A stretch of DNA of 64,000 nucleotides from the human T2T-CHM13v2.0 reference genome, Homo sapiens (GCF_009914755.1 NC_060926.1); one strand, 5' to 3'. Positions 1-19,810 are shown, numbered from the stretch's first letter. Made by a program: numbers and translations. Notes: a model not told the origin generated them from the sequence alone.

Positions 1-1206
<1,206 letters not shown>

Positions 1207-1563
1207 ACTACGGATGTGAAAAGGTCATTAAAGAGTCAAGACGCTTTTGAAGAGGAAAACCAAGTAAGAAAAACTTGCTTTACCAATTATTTGCAAATAT
1301 AATGCAAATAATTATGCAAATAATTATTGCCTTATAAAGGTGCAATAATTCAAACAGTGTAGCATTAGCATAAGCCTCGAGATGAATGGAACAGAATACA
1401 GAATGCAAAACCAGACTCGTGCATATATGGACATGACAAATTGGCACTGCAGAGAGTAAGTGAACCAGAGTATTTTAAACAGATTATGCTGGAAAAATTG
1501 AATACCCATGTGGAAAAAAATGAAACTTGGCCACTACCTCACTCCATATAAAAATCAGTCTTA

Positions 1564-1870
1564 GGCCCAAAGCGATGGCTCATGACTGTAATCCCAGCAC
1601 TTTGGGAGGCCAAGGCGGGTGGATTGCTTGAGGTCAGGAGTTCGAGACCAGCCTGCCCAACATGGCGAAACCCTGTCACTACTAAAATACAAAAATTAGC
1701 CAGGCATGGTGGCAGGTGCCTGTAATCCCAGCTACTTGGGAGGCTGAGGTAGAAGAATCGCTGGAACCTGGGAAGTGGAGGTTGCATTGAGCCAGAATCG
1801 TGCTACTACACTCCAGCCTGGGTGACAGAGCAAGACTCTGTCTCAAACAACAACAACAACAACAAAAAAA
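1564..1870 (+). mobile_element. AluS with (CAA)n tail
   Basis: Full Alu dimer. Confidence 0.95.
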
Positions 1871-1990
1871 CCTCAGATAAATTGTAGATTTAAATGTGAA
1901 AGGCAAACAATAAACAAAATAATATTCAGTAATAATAATAAAGCTTCTAGAAGAAATGTAGGAAAATATTGTTATGACCTCAGGTAGTAG

Positions 1991-2307
<317 letters not shown>

Positions 2308-2591
2308 AAGGTAGAAGAACATTTTTTCCCCAGGTTATAAAAAGCACTTGCCAAAGGAGAAGACCGATGATCAGGATTACGTGAAGACTAAGAACTTCTG
2401 TTTATCAAAAGATGCCACTAAACAGTGAAAAGTCAATGCATGTTATGGATGATGATATTTGCAACTCGTGTAACCACTGGAACTTCTAAAATTCAAGAAC
2501 AAAAGATAGACAACTCAAAAGACAGGGACAAGAGCTTAACAAAAGAGGATATCCTGTGGCCCAGAAACATATGCGATGAGGCTCTACCTCA

Positions 2592-3116
<525 letters not shown>

Positions 3117-3192
3117 TTACTCAAAGTAACCTCAAACTGGAAGCAATCCAAGTATCTGACAATTGCAAAAGCAATAAATAAATCATGGTCTA

Positions 3193-3503
<311 letters not shown>

Positions 3504-3547
3504 TATGCACATATATATAATAATTCAAGATTCCCGTTAGCCATACA

Positions 3548-3651
3548 TGACAAGCTGTGTAAACTTAAATAAGTTATTTAGCCTCTCTGGGCCTCAGTTC
3601 CCTCACCTGGACAGTGGCGATAATAATACCAGTTCCTCAGGTTGTTGTAGG
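3548..3651 (+). repeat. 104-bp inverted copy of the MIR segment at 4879-4982
   Basis: Reverse complement of 4879-4982 with 3 mismatches. Confidence 0.95.
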
Positions 3652-4834
3652 TATATATTATGGTCTATTTATAAACAACATTGAGAACAAATGAACTACA
3701 ACTTTGTGCAACAACCTGGGTGAATTTCACAAACATAATATTAAGTCAAAGAAGCTAGATAAACATAAACACACAATATGTGCTGTTTAATTCCATTAAT
3801 TCCATTTACATGAAGTTCAGAGAATGGGAAAAACTAAATTGTAGGGTTTAATGGTGCGTGTTTAAGTGGCAAAATTATGAAGAAAGGTAAGGAAATTCTT
3901 ACCAAAACCTTCAGGATAGTGTTTACTTTAGAGAAAAGACAAAGTAATGGTGGTTAGGAAGGGGCATGAGAAGGACTTCAGGGGGGTTGACATCATTCTA
4001 GTTTTTGACCCAAGAAATGTTCACGTGAAGGCTAACCTTGCGATGGTTAATTGAACTCTATAGTTTTTGTAGATGTCTGTAATATTTCATTTTTTAAAGG
4101 CTTAAAAGACAAATGATTGACAGGCAGCATTGAGCACCCAGTAGAAGGTAGACAGCATTAAATTTCAGTAAATCCTGGCAACTAAATGTAAGGAATTCTC
4201 TTGCAGTGTGCAAGGGCTTGAGAGTGTGAGACCAGAAGGAGGCTATGGCAGTGGCCCAGGACTAGAATGGTCTGTGAGCTCACTGGAAGGCCTGGCTTGA
4301 AGACAGCACATATTTGACATTGCAGACTGTGAGGCAGACATTTAGGCAAACATAAACTCAGAGTCAAATCCCCTAGGTGATTAGAAGATAGCTTTAAAGA
4401 CCAAAGATCACAGTGAAGGTGAAGAGTGAGTTCATAGATGTGAGAGTCTGGAAAAAATAAAAACACATAAGGGAAGCTTCGATGAACACTGGAATAAAAT
4501 GTATTGTATTGATACGAAGTGTACAAAAGAAAGAATCTTTTAGCCTGGTATTTATTCATTCATTCAAACACTTCTTGAGCATCAGAAACTGTTCTGGGTG
4601 TAGTAGAGAAGACAAGAAGGTATGAAACACAGTTCTTCTCTTTAGTTTTAACTACAATGAAACATACCCTCATGAACGTTTAAGTAATAATTCAAGATTC
4701 CCATTGGCCAAGGGATAAAGCCCAAACTCACCTCCTCCCCTAATATAGAAACTCCACTCCAGTTTGGCCTCTTGTTGGTGCCGTCTCCCCGTGGGTCTCT
4801 GCTCTTCCCCAGAGCTTTTCATTTTCACTGCTCC

Positions 4835-5040
4835 TGTATATAGGAGGCATAGTTCTATGCACTTTATATCTCTTCATTCCTACAACAACCTCAGGAACTG
4901 GTATTATTATCGCCACTGTCCAGGTGAGGGAACTGAGGCCCAGAGAGGCTAAATAACTTGTTCAAGTTTACACAGCTTGTCAGTTCTGGGGCCAAGATTC
5001 CAACCCTGGGAGTCTGTCTCTAGCACCTGTTCTCTTAACA
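4835..5040 (-). mobile_element. MIR
   Basis: MIR core gaactgaggcccagagaggctaaataacttgttcaag. Confidence 0.85.
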
Positions 5041-6323
5041 ATCCAATTGGGCTACAGCCATTTGTGCTCCAATCCCCAACAAGCTCAAGCCCTTTTGTCT
5101 CTCTGTGGCTTGGGATTTACTGTTTGTGGGTTTCTTCTCCAAAAACCAGCTTGAAGGCTGCTGCCTTCTCTGTGCAGCTTTCTGTGCTACCTCCTCAAGG
5201 TCAGTGTCCTCCTTCTTCTTCCATGCCCTCTCTTTCATGGGCCTCCTCTAACATGTTCCTGAATGTCCTTGAGGGGAGGAAGTTGGACTTAGTTTTCTAT
5301 ATGTTTTGCAGAATCTGTCACATATGAGATCACAGACGATGTTGAACTGGATCCAAAGAAGAATGTAAATCCCAAAATAAGTGGTGTCAACATGAAGGGT
5401 CATTAAAGGTAGAAGAAAGAGAGGCACCTGTCATCTGAGGTATCCCAGGGAAGGCTTCCAGAAGGGGTAGCTCTTGGCTAGACTTTAAGGGATGAGCAAA
5501 ATGTGCATAGCTGAAGATGACCAAGAGGGTGTGCACAGGCCTGGATACTCCAATGCACAGAGCATCTCTAGGAGTCGGCCATTAAACCAAACCCATCAAA
5601 GCAGAGTTGCAGGAAAAGCAACCAGTGAGCAGGAGGCAAGAGCGTCAAACTCCCAATACAGACCCACCCCAGAACCCTCAAAAAGTTCTGCTCCTTAAAT
5701 AAATCCAGAAAACCTGAATTCTGCTAAGTACAAGAAACCTGGGGGAAAAAATCCAATTTAACAAGATTTAGATTTTTTAAATAATTTTTATTGGATAATA
5801 TGGTACATAATTAACTGCAGGTTAGAACTCCCCTGAATTAGGTCCTTTTTTTAAATAAATCAGTATCAAATGGGGGGGATTTTACTGGATATTCTTTGCA
5901 ACCAGGCCGTCTGAATCATTGCCATAGATCAGGTTCCAACAGAAGATTCCAGCAGGAGATCTCAGCTGGTGCCCATGAGACACCCACCCAAGCCAAGAGC
6001 AAGCTCCTTCCCAAGCTTCTCTCAGTAGTGATACAAACAGTCTGAGACCCAGCCAAGAAAGAGGGCACTGGCCATGCTAAAGAGGTATTTCTTGAGGTGA
6101 ACATGGGGTGGACTTCTATGCGGTCCATTCTGGTGGAGAGCGGGCTCTGAAAAATATATACCACTGGCTTTGGGTTACTGATGGGATGTCTCAGCAAGAC
6201 AGACTGAATGGATTAAGGATTAGGGGAGTTGAGGCTACAATATCTGGATTATAAGGTTTGTCCTGGTTAGTCTTTGTTTATATTATTACCTTTTTTCTAG
6301 GTAAATTTTGGGAACATAAGGAA

Positions 6324-7224
<901 letters not shown>

Positions 7225-7269
<45 letters not shown>
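7225..7269. repeat. (TG)~22 microsatellite
   Basis: Perfect dinucleotide run. Confidence 0.98.
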
Positions 7270-7271
<2 letters not shown>

Positions 7272-7272
7272 A

Positions 7273-7927
<655 letters not shown>

Positions 7928-8364
7928 TAAAAATATATACATTATTTTCAACTGGTGTCTAAATGAGAAAAACTCTCCACTTTTCATCAGAAGCCCCCAG
8001 ACCTGTCATAACTTCTCAGGGTGTATAAGAGAGGCCCCTTGCCCACCTCTGCTCTCTCAGCAACCATCACTAAGAGAGAATGCAATACAGGGAGTATGGT
8101 TTTCAGAAGATGAGAAAATGTTTTTTTTTTTTTTTACTGCTACCTATTTGCCTTAGATTCTTCACAAATAAGGACAATACATCTCACTGGCACTCTTCCA
8201 TCTACAAATTACCTTGCGGACCTTGATCTCATTGAAATTCATTTTACAAATGAGAAAACATTATTCTGTGAGTTTTAACTGATTTGCCTAAGATGGCAAT
8301 GTTACAAGGTAGTGGAGTCAAGCCCAAGTCTAGGACTGCAGTGCCCAACTCTGTCCTGGCAACT

Positions 8365-8756
8365 CTGTGCTGGTCATTTTAAGACCATTGCAGGCCCCAG
8401 ACCCCAACCCACTTCATAGCAAACACATTACAACATATTTACATTCCACAGAACATATACATTTTTGCTGTATAATTTTTATAATTGCAATTTGGAGTTT
8501 TATTATAACATACTTTTTTCTCATGATTCAAACCATATTATATTTTTATGGAACCATATAAGGCTTGAGTTGAGCATTGATATCACATTACATTTTGCAG
8601 ACACTTAATTGAATATTTATTTCTATTTGAATGTTTTATTTTCATGTTTAGGAGCCAGTACATTTTTTCCAGCTCCGAAATATTGTCTTGGGTCCTTGAA
8701 AGGTCACAAGCCCTGAGCACCGAGCCAAGAATACCTGGTGGCAGAAAGAGCCCTGT
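8365..8756. mobile_element. Possible old hAT-Tip100 DNA element
   Basis: AT-rich core ending ...gggtccttgaaaggtcacaagccctgagcac...agagccctg, resembling CAGGGC-terminated Tip100 MITEs. Confidence 0.35.
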
Positions 8757-9048
8757 TCTGGCTGAGCCGCCACCATAGCGCAGGGCTGTGATGTGAGCAA
8801 TGGCTTAGAGGCTGGAATTACAGCAGGCAGGTAGAGGTGGCTGTCACTGACCCCACTGGCCAGAGCAGAAAGAACAAGATCCTGTCAGTCTCTGGCCTTC
8901 TGACAGCTAGGTTCACCTTCGTGGATCTTCTCTGGAACAGTTTGCTGTCTGCATTCTGAAACACCGTGGGTCCTTATGCTAAACCATGATATTGCCAACA
9001 TCCAGGAAAATGTCACAGATGATCAGAGGAAGAGTTCACCGTATATAG

Positions 9049-9370
<322 letters not shown>

Positions 9371-9589
9371 AGTAAACCTCTTTCTTATACCAACCTCACA
9401 GGCTGGCATTTGGGATTCAGGGATGCTAGGGTTTGTACCCAGAGACAAACTGGTCCTGACTGACTTCATCACCAAAAACTCCAACACTAGAGAGAACTGA
9501 GATTGGAGAGGAACTCAGGGAGCAGAAGGGAGCCCCTCCTTCTGTTGCTATGGGAACACTCAGAATCTCCCACCAAGCCTCACTTGAAA

Positions 9590-9723
9590 CCCATTTATGC
9601 CTAGTGTTCCATTATTGGAACGCTAAGCTTGTGGGAGTTATTTATACCCTACTGATCAAGGTCATCGTCAAGGTCTGACTTTTCCCACAAAAAAAAAATT
9701 TTGCAACCTCCGGCATAAATGGG
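9590..9723 (+). mobile_element. MER85 (non-autonomous piggyBac/PGBD3 MITE)
   Basis: TIRs cccatttatgcc / ggcataaatggg, right-hand TTAA, internal imperfect palindrome gttccattattggaac, length ~134 bp. Confidence 0.92.
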
Positions 9724-9826
9724 TTAAGGCTGTATCTACTGAACGTCCCACTAAATGCAACATTTGATACATGCAACATCTCCCCAGTAATTCTGCCTAA
9801 GTTGAGCTTTAATAAAATGCATTTTA

Positions 9827-10144
<318 letters not shown>

Positions 10145-10315
10145 TGCATTTTAAATGCACACAGGTTAGGGAAGCCTAACTGCTTAAAGGCATACTGCTT
10201 CAAATCATTTTGGATAAAAAGAAAGAAATCTTTAGTAATCTGTCTCTGCTTCAATTCTCTCTTTGGATGTCCATATTTTTATATTCTGCAAAATGTTATT
10301 AAATTAGGACACACT

Positions 10316-10621
<306 letters not shown>

Positions 10622-11309
10622 TTACCACAGTATTTGCTACAACATACTGCATTGGGCTTTGGAATTCAGAAAGAAGAGTGAGCTGTTGTTCATGTCATGC
10701 CACTTTTCTTCAGTAATTGAGACAAATTTGAAGATATGGAGAAACCTGGGGATTTGGGCAAAGCTCTCCACTCATCTATTCCTCTCATTGCCATGGAGAA
10801 TAACAGTTTTAAAGGCATCTTTAAATGAAGTCAGCTCTGAGCTGAAACCTCTCCTTTTAAGTGAGAAAGCACACTCAGAGGGGAGGGACGGCTGCTCTCT
10901 TTGCTGCTCTAAATGGCAAATAATCCAAGGAGGACACAACAGAACCTCGTGCCTGTTCAGGAGGGGAGAAATTCACATGGGAGATGATGACAGTTCTGGG
11001 GTAGTGCACCCTTCAGAACTCTCCAGGGCCTCCCTCGCACCCTCAGGATCTCATTTCTGGTCGTCAGAACTCCAGGTTTCTGAGAGTTGGTTCTTTCTCC
11101 AAGTTCACCAGGTTTCCTTTACCAAATATTCTACTTCTTTGTACCCATCAGTCCTGGAGCTCCTGTGAACAGGGTTTCACCCTTTGACTATCCTTTCCCA
11201 TTGCCTAAAATTGGCTTCATTTGCCCATTCAAATTCCTTTTCATCCCTCATCCCTCATCCCTCAGGGAGCCCCCTTTGCTCTGTTTACCTTAAGAAAGGA
11301 GGAAACTAG

Positions 11310-11520
11310 CTAATAATGATAATAGACATTTATTAAGCACCTCTGAAGCATTTGGTATGGATTACCTCATTTTATCTCCCAGCAACCTGAAGATAGGTCA
11401 TATCTTTACCCTAGTTTACGAAGGAAGAAACAGTCTTAGGAAGCTCAGATAACCTGGTCACACAGATGGCAAGAGCCGGAGTCAGAGTTCAACCCAGACA
11501 GTCCAACCCCAGAGGCTCCC
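11310..11520 (-). mobile_element. MIR
   Basis: catttattaagcac...gaagaaacagtcttaggaagctcagataacctggtcacacag...ttcaacccagacagtc. Confidence 0.75.
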
Positions 11521-11544
11521 TTCATCTTGCCTTTCCATAGAATC

Positions 11545-11707
11545 ATACATTCATTTATTCAGCCAGTATTTATGGAGTCCTCACTATATGCCAGGCACTG
11601 TTCAGGGGTTATAGCATCAAGGCAAAAGGAGTTTCCTCCCTTATTATGAGATTAATTCTATCAAGGGGAGGTGGGCAAGGAATGAATGAATAAGTCAGAT
11701 AATTTCT
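11545..11707 (-). mobile_element. L2 3' end (continues at 14750-14810 and ~15560-15760)
   Basis: cattcatttattcag...tatatgccaggcactgttc. Confidence 0.7.
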
Positions 11708-12486
11708 CTGTTTACAGATGACATAATCTTATATATGGAAAACTCTGAAGACGCCACACACACACAAAAAAAACCTCTTAGAACTAATAAATGAATTCAG
11801 TAAAACTGAAGAATACAAAATCAACATATAAAAATCGGCAATGTTTGTATACACTAATAGTGAACTATCTAAAAAAGAAATCAAGAAAACAATTCCATTT
11901 ACAATAGCTACAAAAAAAATGAGATACCTACGAATAAACTTAACCAAGAAGATGAATTATCTCTACACTAAAAACCATAGAACATTGATGAAAAAAACAC
12001 AAATAAATGAAAGAACACAATTCTTATTCTTATTGTGTTAAGAAACACAAATAAATGAAAAGATATGCCGTGTCCATGGATTAGAATTAATATTGCAAAA
12101 ATGACCATACTACCCAAACATATCCACAGATTTAATGCACTCCCTATCAAAATACTAAAGACATTCTTCACAGAAATAGAAAAAAAAAATCCTAAAATTC
12201 ATATGGAACCACAAAAGACCCCAAAAGGCCAAAGCAATTCTGAGCAAAATCAACAAAGTTGGAGACATCACACTACCTGATTTCAAAATATACTATAAAG
12301 CTGTAGTAACCAGAACAACATGGTACTGGCATAAAAACAAACACATAAAACAATGGAATAGAGAGCCTAGAAATAAATTCAGGCACCTACAGCCACCTGT
12401 TCTGACAACAGCCACCTGTTTTTGACAATGATACCAAGAACACACATTGGGGAAAAGATTGTCCCTTTAATAAATTGAATATCCTA

Positions 12487-12617
12487 GGGAGGCTGAGGCA
12501 GGAGAATAACTTGAACCCAGGAGGTAGAGTTTGCAGTGAGCCGAGATTGTGACACTGCACTCCAGCCTGGGCAACAGAGTGAGACCCTGTCTCAAAAATA
12601 ACATAAAATAAAATAAA
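12487..12617 (+). mobile_element. Alu right-arm fragment
   Basis: Starts gggaggctgaggcagg; flanked by taaattgaatatcc duplication. Confidence 0.88.
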
Positions 12618-13399
12618 TTGAATATCCACATGCGAAGAATAAAATTAGACCCCTATCTCTCACCGTGTATGAAAATCAACTCAAAATGGATAGAAGGCTT
12701 AAAAGTAAAATCTGAAACTATAAAACTACTAGAAGAAAACAGGGGAAAGACTTCACAACACTAAGCTAGGCAGGGATTTTTTAAATAGGAAGTCAGAGGC
12801 ACAGGTATCAAAAGCAAAAATAGACAAATGGGACTACATGAAATCAAAAGCAAAAACAGACAAATGGGACTACATAAAATTAAAAAGCTTTTGCATAACA
12901 AAGGAAACAATTAACAAAGTGACGAGAAAACCTACACTGTCTTATAGGTTTGGAAGAAAATATTTGCAAACTATCTAACAAGGGGTTATTATCCAGAAAT
13001 ATATAAGGAACTTAAACAACTCAACAGCAATAAACCAAATAACCCGATTAAAAAATGGCCAAAAAACCTTAATAGACATTTCTTAAAAGAAGACATACAA
13101 ATGGACAACAGATACATGAAGAAATGCTCAACATCACTAAATGTCAGAGAAATGCAAATCAGAACCATAATGAGACACCACCTCATTCCAATTAGAATGG
13201 CTCTTATCAAAAAGACAAAAGAAAACAAGTGTTGGTGAGGATGTAGAGAAAAGGGAACACTTGCATACTGTTGATAAGAATATAAATTAGTACAGCAATT
13301 ATGGAAATCAGTATAGGGGTCCCCCCCAAAATAAAAATAGAATTACAATATAATACAACACTCTCACTGCTGGATATATATCCAAAGGAAGTGAAATCA

Positions 13400-13776
<377 letters not shown>

Positions 13777-14237
13777 TTAACCTAAATGTCCATCATCAAC
13801 AGATGAATGGTAAAGAAAATGTGGTATATAAGCACAACAAAATTCTATTCAGTCATAAAAAAAGAAGGAAATCCTGTCATGTGTGACAACGTGGCTGAAC
13901 CTGGAGGACACCAAGTTAAGTGAAATAAGCCAGATACAGAAAGACAAATACCACATGATCTCACTAATATGTGGAATTAAAAAACAAAGTTGATCTCATC
14001 AAAGCAGAGTATAGAACAGTGGTTATCAAAGGCTGGGAAGGGTGACTATGGTTAACTGTAAGGTATTGTGTATCACCCTACAGTTAGAAGAGAAGTTTTT
14101 AAATGTTCTCATGACAAGGAAATGACAAATGCATGAAGTGATGAATATGCTAACTACCCTGACTTGATCATTATACAACACATACGGGTACTGAAATATC
14201 AACTTGTATCCCATAAACACATACAATTATAACGTGA

Positions 14238-14731
<494 letters not shown>

Positions 14732-14907
14732 AACAGTTTTTTTAAAAAAATCAGATAATTTCTGAGAGTGATAGGAGCTATGGAGAAAAAATTTCAAGGA
14801 ATGGGACGAAATCATGGTCCTCAAACTTGGGCGTGCATGAGATCAGCTGGGCCCACCCTCAGGGCTCCTAGTCCAATAGGTCTGGAGTAGTGCCACGGAA
14901 TTTGCAT

Positions 14908-14930
14908 TTCTCTCTTTCTTTCTTTCTTTC

Positions 14931-14986
<56 letters not shown>

Positions 14987-15028
14987 TTTCTTTCTTTCTT
15001 TCTTTCTCTCTCTCTCTTTCTTTCTTTC
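14908..15028. repeat. (TTTC)n/(TC)n microsatellite (Alu tail)
   Basis: ~120 bp pyrimidine tetranucleotide tract. Confidence 0.97.
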
Positions 15029-15258
15029 AGACAAGCTGAAGTGCAATGGCACAATCTCAGCTCACTGTAACCTCCACTTCCTGGGTTCAAGCAATCCTCC
15101 CACCTTGGCCTCCTGAGTAGCTGGGACTACAGGCGTGTGCCACCATGCCTGGCTAATTTTTTTTTTTTCACCATCTTGCCTAGGCTCATCTCCAGCAATC
15201 CACCCACTGTGGCCTCCCAAAGTGCTGGGATTACAGGAGTGAGTCACCACGCCCAGCC
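15029..15258 (-). mobile_element. Alu (J-like, internally deleted)
   Basis: Antisense Alu with missing internal segments. Confidence 0.85.
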
Positions 15259-15273
15259 TGAATTTGCATTTCT

Positions 15274-15449
15274 TTCTTTTTTTTTTTTTTTTTTTGCTCA
15301 TCATCACTGGCCATCAGAGAAATGCAAATCAAAACTACAATGGGATACCATCTCACACCAGTTAGAATGGAGATCATTAAAAAGTCAGGAAATAACAGGT
15401 GCTGGAGAGGATGTGGAGTAATAGGAACACTTTTACAGTGTTGGTGGGA
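15274..15449 (-). mobile_element. Mini L1PA insertion: poly(T) plus inverted ~155 bp ORF2 fragment
   Basis: Poly-T joined to sense L1PA gctcatcatcactggccatcagagaaatgc...ggtgggactg; TSD ctgaatttgcatttct at 15258-15273 and 15450-15465. Confidence 0.85.
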
Positions 15450-16576
15450 CTGAATTTGCATTTCTAACAGGTTTCCAAGTAAAACTGCTGCTGGTGGTCT
15501 GGGGACCACACGTGGAGAATCCCTGGAACAGAGACAGTTGGGATTAGAATGGGGAATGGGGGAAGCCTCTCTACCTATGTGTGGCATTTGAGTTGAGATG
15601 TGAATGACGAAAATGAGTAAATCACTGGAATTATGAGGAAAAAAGGTTTCAAGCACAGGATATGGCAAATGCAAAGTCCCCAAGGTGGGAAAATGAGCTC
15701 CTGATGTTGGAAGGACAGAACAAAGATCTGCTGGGTGTTGAATGAGGCAAGAGTCAGTTTAGCCCCAACTCAGTTTGATTCTTTCTTCTCCTACTGCTCC
15801 TCTGGGCTGTGTTGTTTAACATGAAAATCAGAATGTCTTTCACAACAAAATAGTGGCAGTAGATTGACTTAAAAAAGAAAGATCCAATATAGGATTACTT
15901 TAAATGGGCTCCTCCTTTGGCACCTTTGAAATATTTCAGTTGTCCTTCACTCCAATTTCCAACTGCAGTTTTTCAAATAAAAATAACCTCTTGTGTTACA
16001 TGCAACGTATGTTGATGTTGTATATAATTTAATTATCTATTTTTTATCTGGGCAATTTGCCAAATCTTCAAGTTGTTTCAAAAGATCAAAGACAGGATCT
16101 GTGCCTTTTCTTTCCTCATTCTTACACCCCAGTGCTTTTCAAATGTAAATGTGCCTAGAACTTAACTCACTGAGCCTCCCTGGAGAGGAACCTTTATGAA
16201 GGAAGAGTGGTAGCTCAGGTGAACCTCTGAGACCCTTACCCAATCCCTGCCCCAAGGAGCATGGGTAATCAGTCTGGGAAAGGGTGAGGTCTAGGATTCC
16301 ACTGAGTTCTCCGTCAAGGTGAGCCCAGTCTGTTAGGGGAATTGACTTTCCTCTTTCTCTCAGCAGACTTGCCTGGGGCTGCTTCTGCGGCTTCGTGTTC
16401 ATTACCTGCCTTTGTTTTTATCTGCTCTGATGAAGCGGTGATGTTCTCCAAGATTGATAGAAAGAGCCTACTGATCCAATTTCTATGAGAAATGAAGACT
16501 ATCAAGCATTCTAAATTTCCTAAACATTGTACAATTGACAGTTGGCTGGAGCATCCAGAAGTTTATTATTGTTGAG

Positions 16577-16948
16577 TTTTATGGGCTGAATTGGGTCCCT
16601 CCAAAATTTGTATGTTGAAGCTCTAGCCCACAGTACCTCAGATGTGACTGCATTTGGAGGTAGGTCTTTGAGGAGGTAATCAAAGTTAAATGAGGCCATT
16701 AGAGAGGGCCCTATCCAAAATGACTGACATCCTTACAAGAAGAGGAGATTAGGCCACACACACACAGGAAGGCCAGTTGAAGACACAGGAGAAGGGGACC
16801 ATCTACGAGCCAAGGAGAGAAGCCTCAGAAGAAACCAACCCTACCCACATGTTGATCTTGGACTTCCAGCCTCCACCAGGACTATGAGGAAATAAATTTC
16901 TGTTGTTTAAACCCCCAGTCTGCATGGTAGCCTTTGCAAACTAACACA
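16577..16948 (+). mobile_element. MLT1 (MLT1B-like) MaLR solo LTR
   Basis: tatgggctgaattg...gtacctcagatgtgactg...gaagaaaccaaccc...aataaatttctgttgttt...aaactaacaca. Confidence 0.88.
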
Positions 16949-17040
16949 GTGAGTGTATGTGTCTTAGATTCTTATAGAAATTTTGCTATACATTTCACTC
17001 TGCACTTTTAAAATAAATTTCCTTTTATAAAATAAAAGAA

Positions 17041-17486
<446 letters not shown>

Positions 17487-17931
17487 GGAAACCAGGTCTC
17501 CCCCCTGAGAAAATCTTGCAGGTTTCAGTTCTGCAGAAAACCTATTGGCCAGAGCCAGTGAGAGGAGACTGAACTCCTGCCTTCTGCTGCAAATTTTGAT
17601 GGGTGTCTCTCTATCCATAAGACAGCTCTATCTCTTGACTTCTGTTTTTCTCACTCTGGCCTGGTCAGCAAACAGCATTTGTGGGTTGTTGCTTGGGTTT
17701 CGTATTTCACATTTTGTTGAAATACACCCTGACCCAGATTAGTCCACCTAAGTAGTTAGGAAGAAAAACAATCCAGATTCTTCCCCTGTCCCTGAGGTTC
17801 AAGGGGTGCTAAGAATGAAAAGCCCTTCTCTATGCCAACAATGACACAGCACCGGATATCCATAAGAGAGACTCCAGAGTGAGGAGGGAACATACACCAA
17901 GTCCTTTGAGTCCTGTTGAGGGAACTTTCAG

Positions 17932-18712
<781 letters not shown>

Positions 18713-18829
18713 TGAAACATGAATGTATAGGTTGGTGCAGGCTTATAGAAAGTGCTCAGCAATGAGTGGCATAAAAAGTACTTAAGTTTCAGGAGAGTTA
18801 ACCTGAGGCAAAGAAAAAAAAAAGTGCTT

Positions 18830-19170
18830 AAGTGACAATTTGATAAAAAAGGGAAAAGTGCTGTTCCAAAAATTTGAAAGGCTGTCTTGTGGAAGAGAGA
18901 GAGGAAAGAAAAGAGGATGAAACTCGAAATTATGTGTAGAAGTTGTAAAAGAGGTAGATTTCACTTTAGTGCAAGGAAAACCCTTCCAGAACCCAGGAAC
19001 AACAAAAAGGGGTTGCTTCGTGAATTGATGGGGTCCCCTTTCCTAGCTGAGTCCTAGCAGGGATGAACGGCCACCCACCAGCAATGCAGAAAAGGGAGGT
19101 TCAAAAGCAGGTGAGTTAGGGGCTAGACTGATGCCAAGACCCCATTTCGACCTCAACATCTGATGATTAG
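18830..19170 (+). mobile_element. L3/CR1 3' end
   Basis: aaaggctgtcttgtggaagag, aggtagatttcac...aaggaaaa, ggctagactgatg..aagacccca...tgatgatt. Confidence 0.55.
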
Positions 19171-19176
19171 GAAACA

Positions 19177-19810
<634 letters not shown>

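Larger units (their letters stand above)
14813..15525. mobile_element. MER5A (hAT-Charlie) split by an Alu and a mini-L1
   Basis: gtcctcaaactt...gggcccaccctcag...gaatttgcatttct on the left; aacaggtttcc...ctggtggtctggggaccacac..gagaa on the right. Confidence 0.8.

Noticed and set aside
10659-11168. 169-aa ORF in non-Alu sequence
   Set aside because: Non-ATG start, no recognisable domain, and no splice or codon-bias support; compatible with a chance open frame.
11841-13228. L1 ORF2-like peptides
   Set aside because: Short frameshifted remnants of a truncated old L1MA, which cannot be active.
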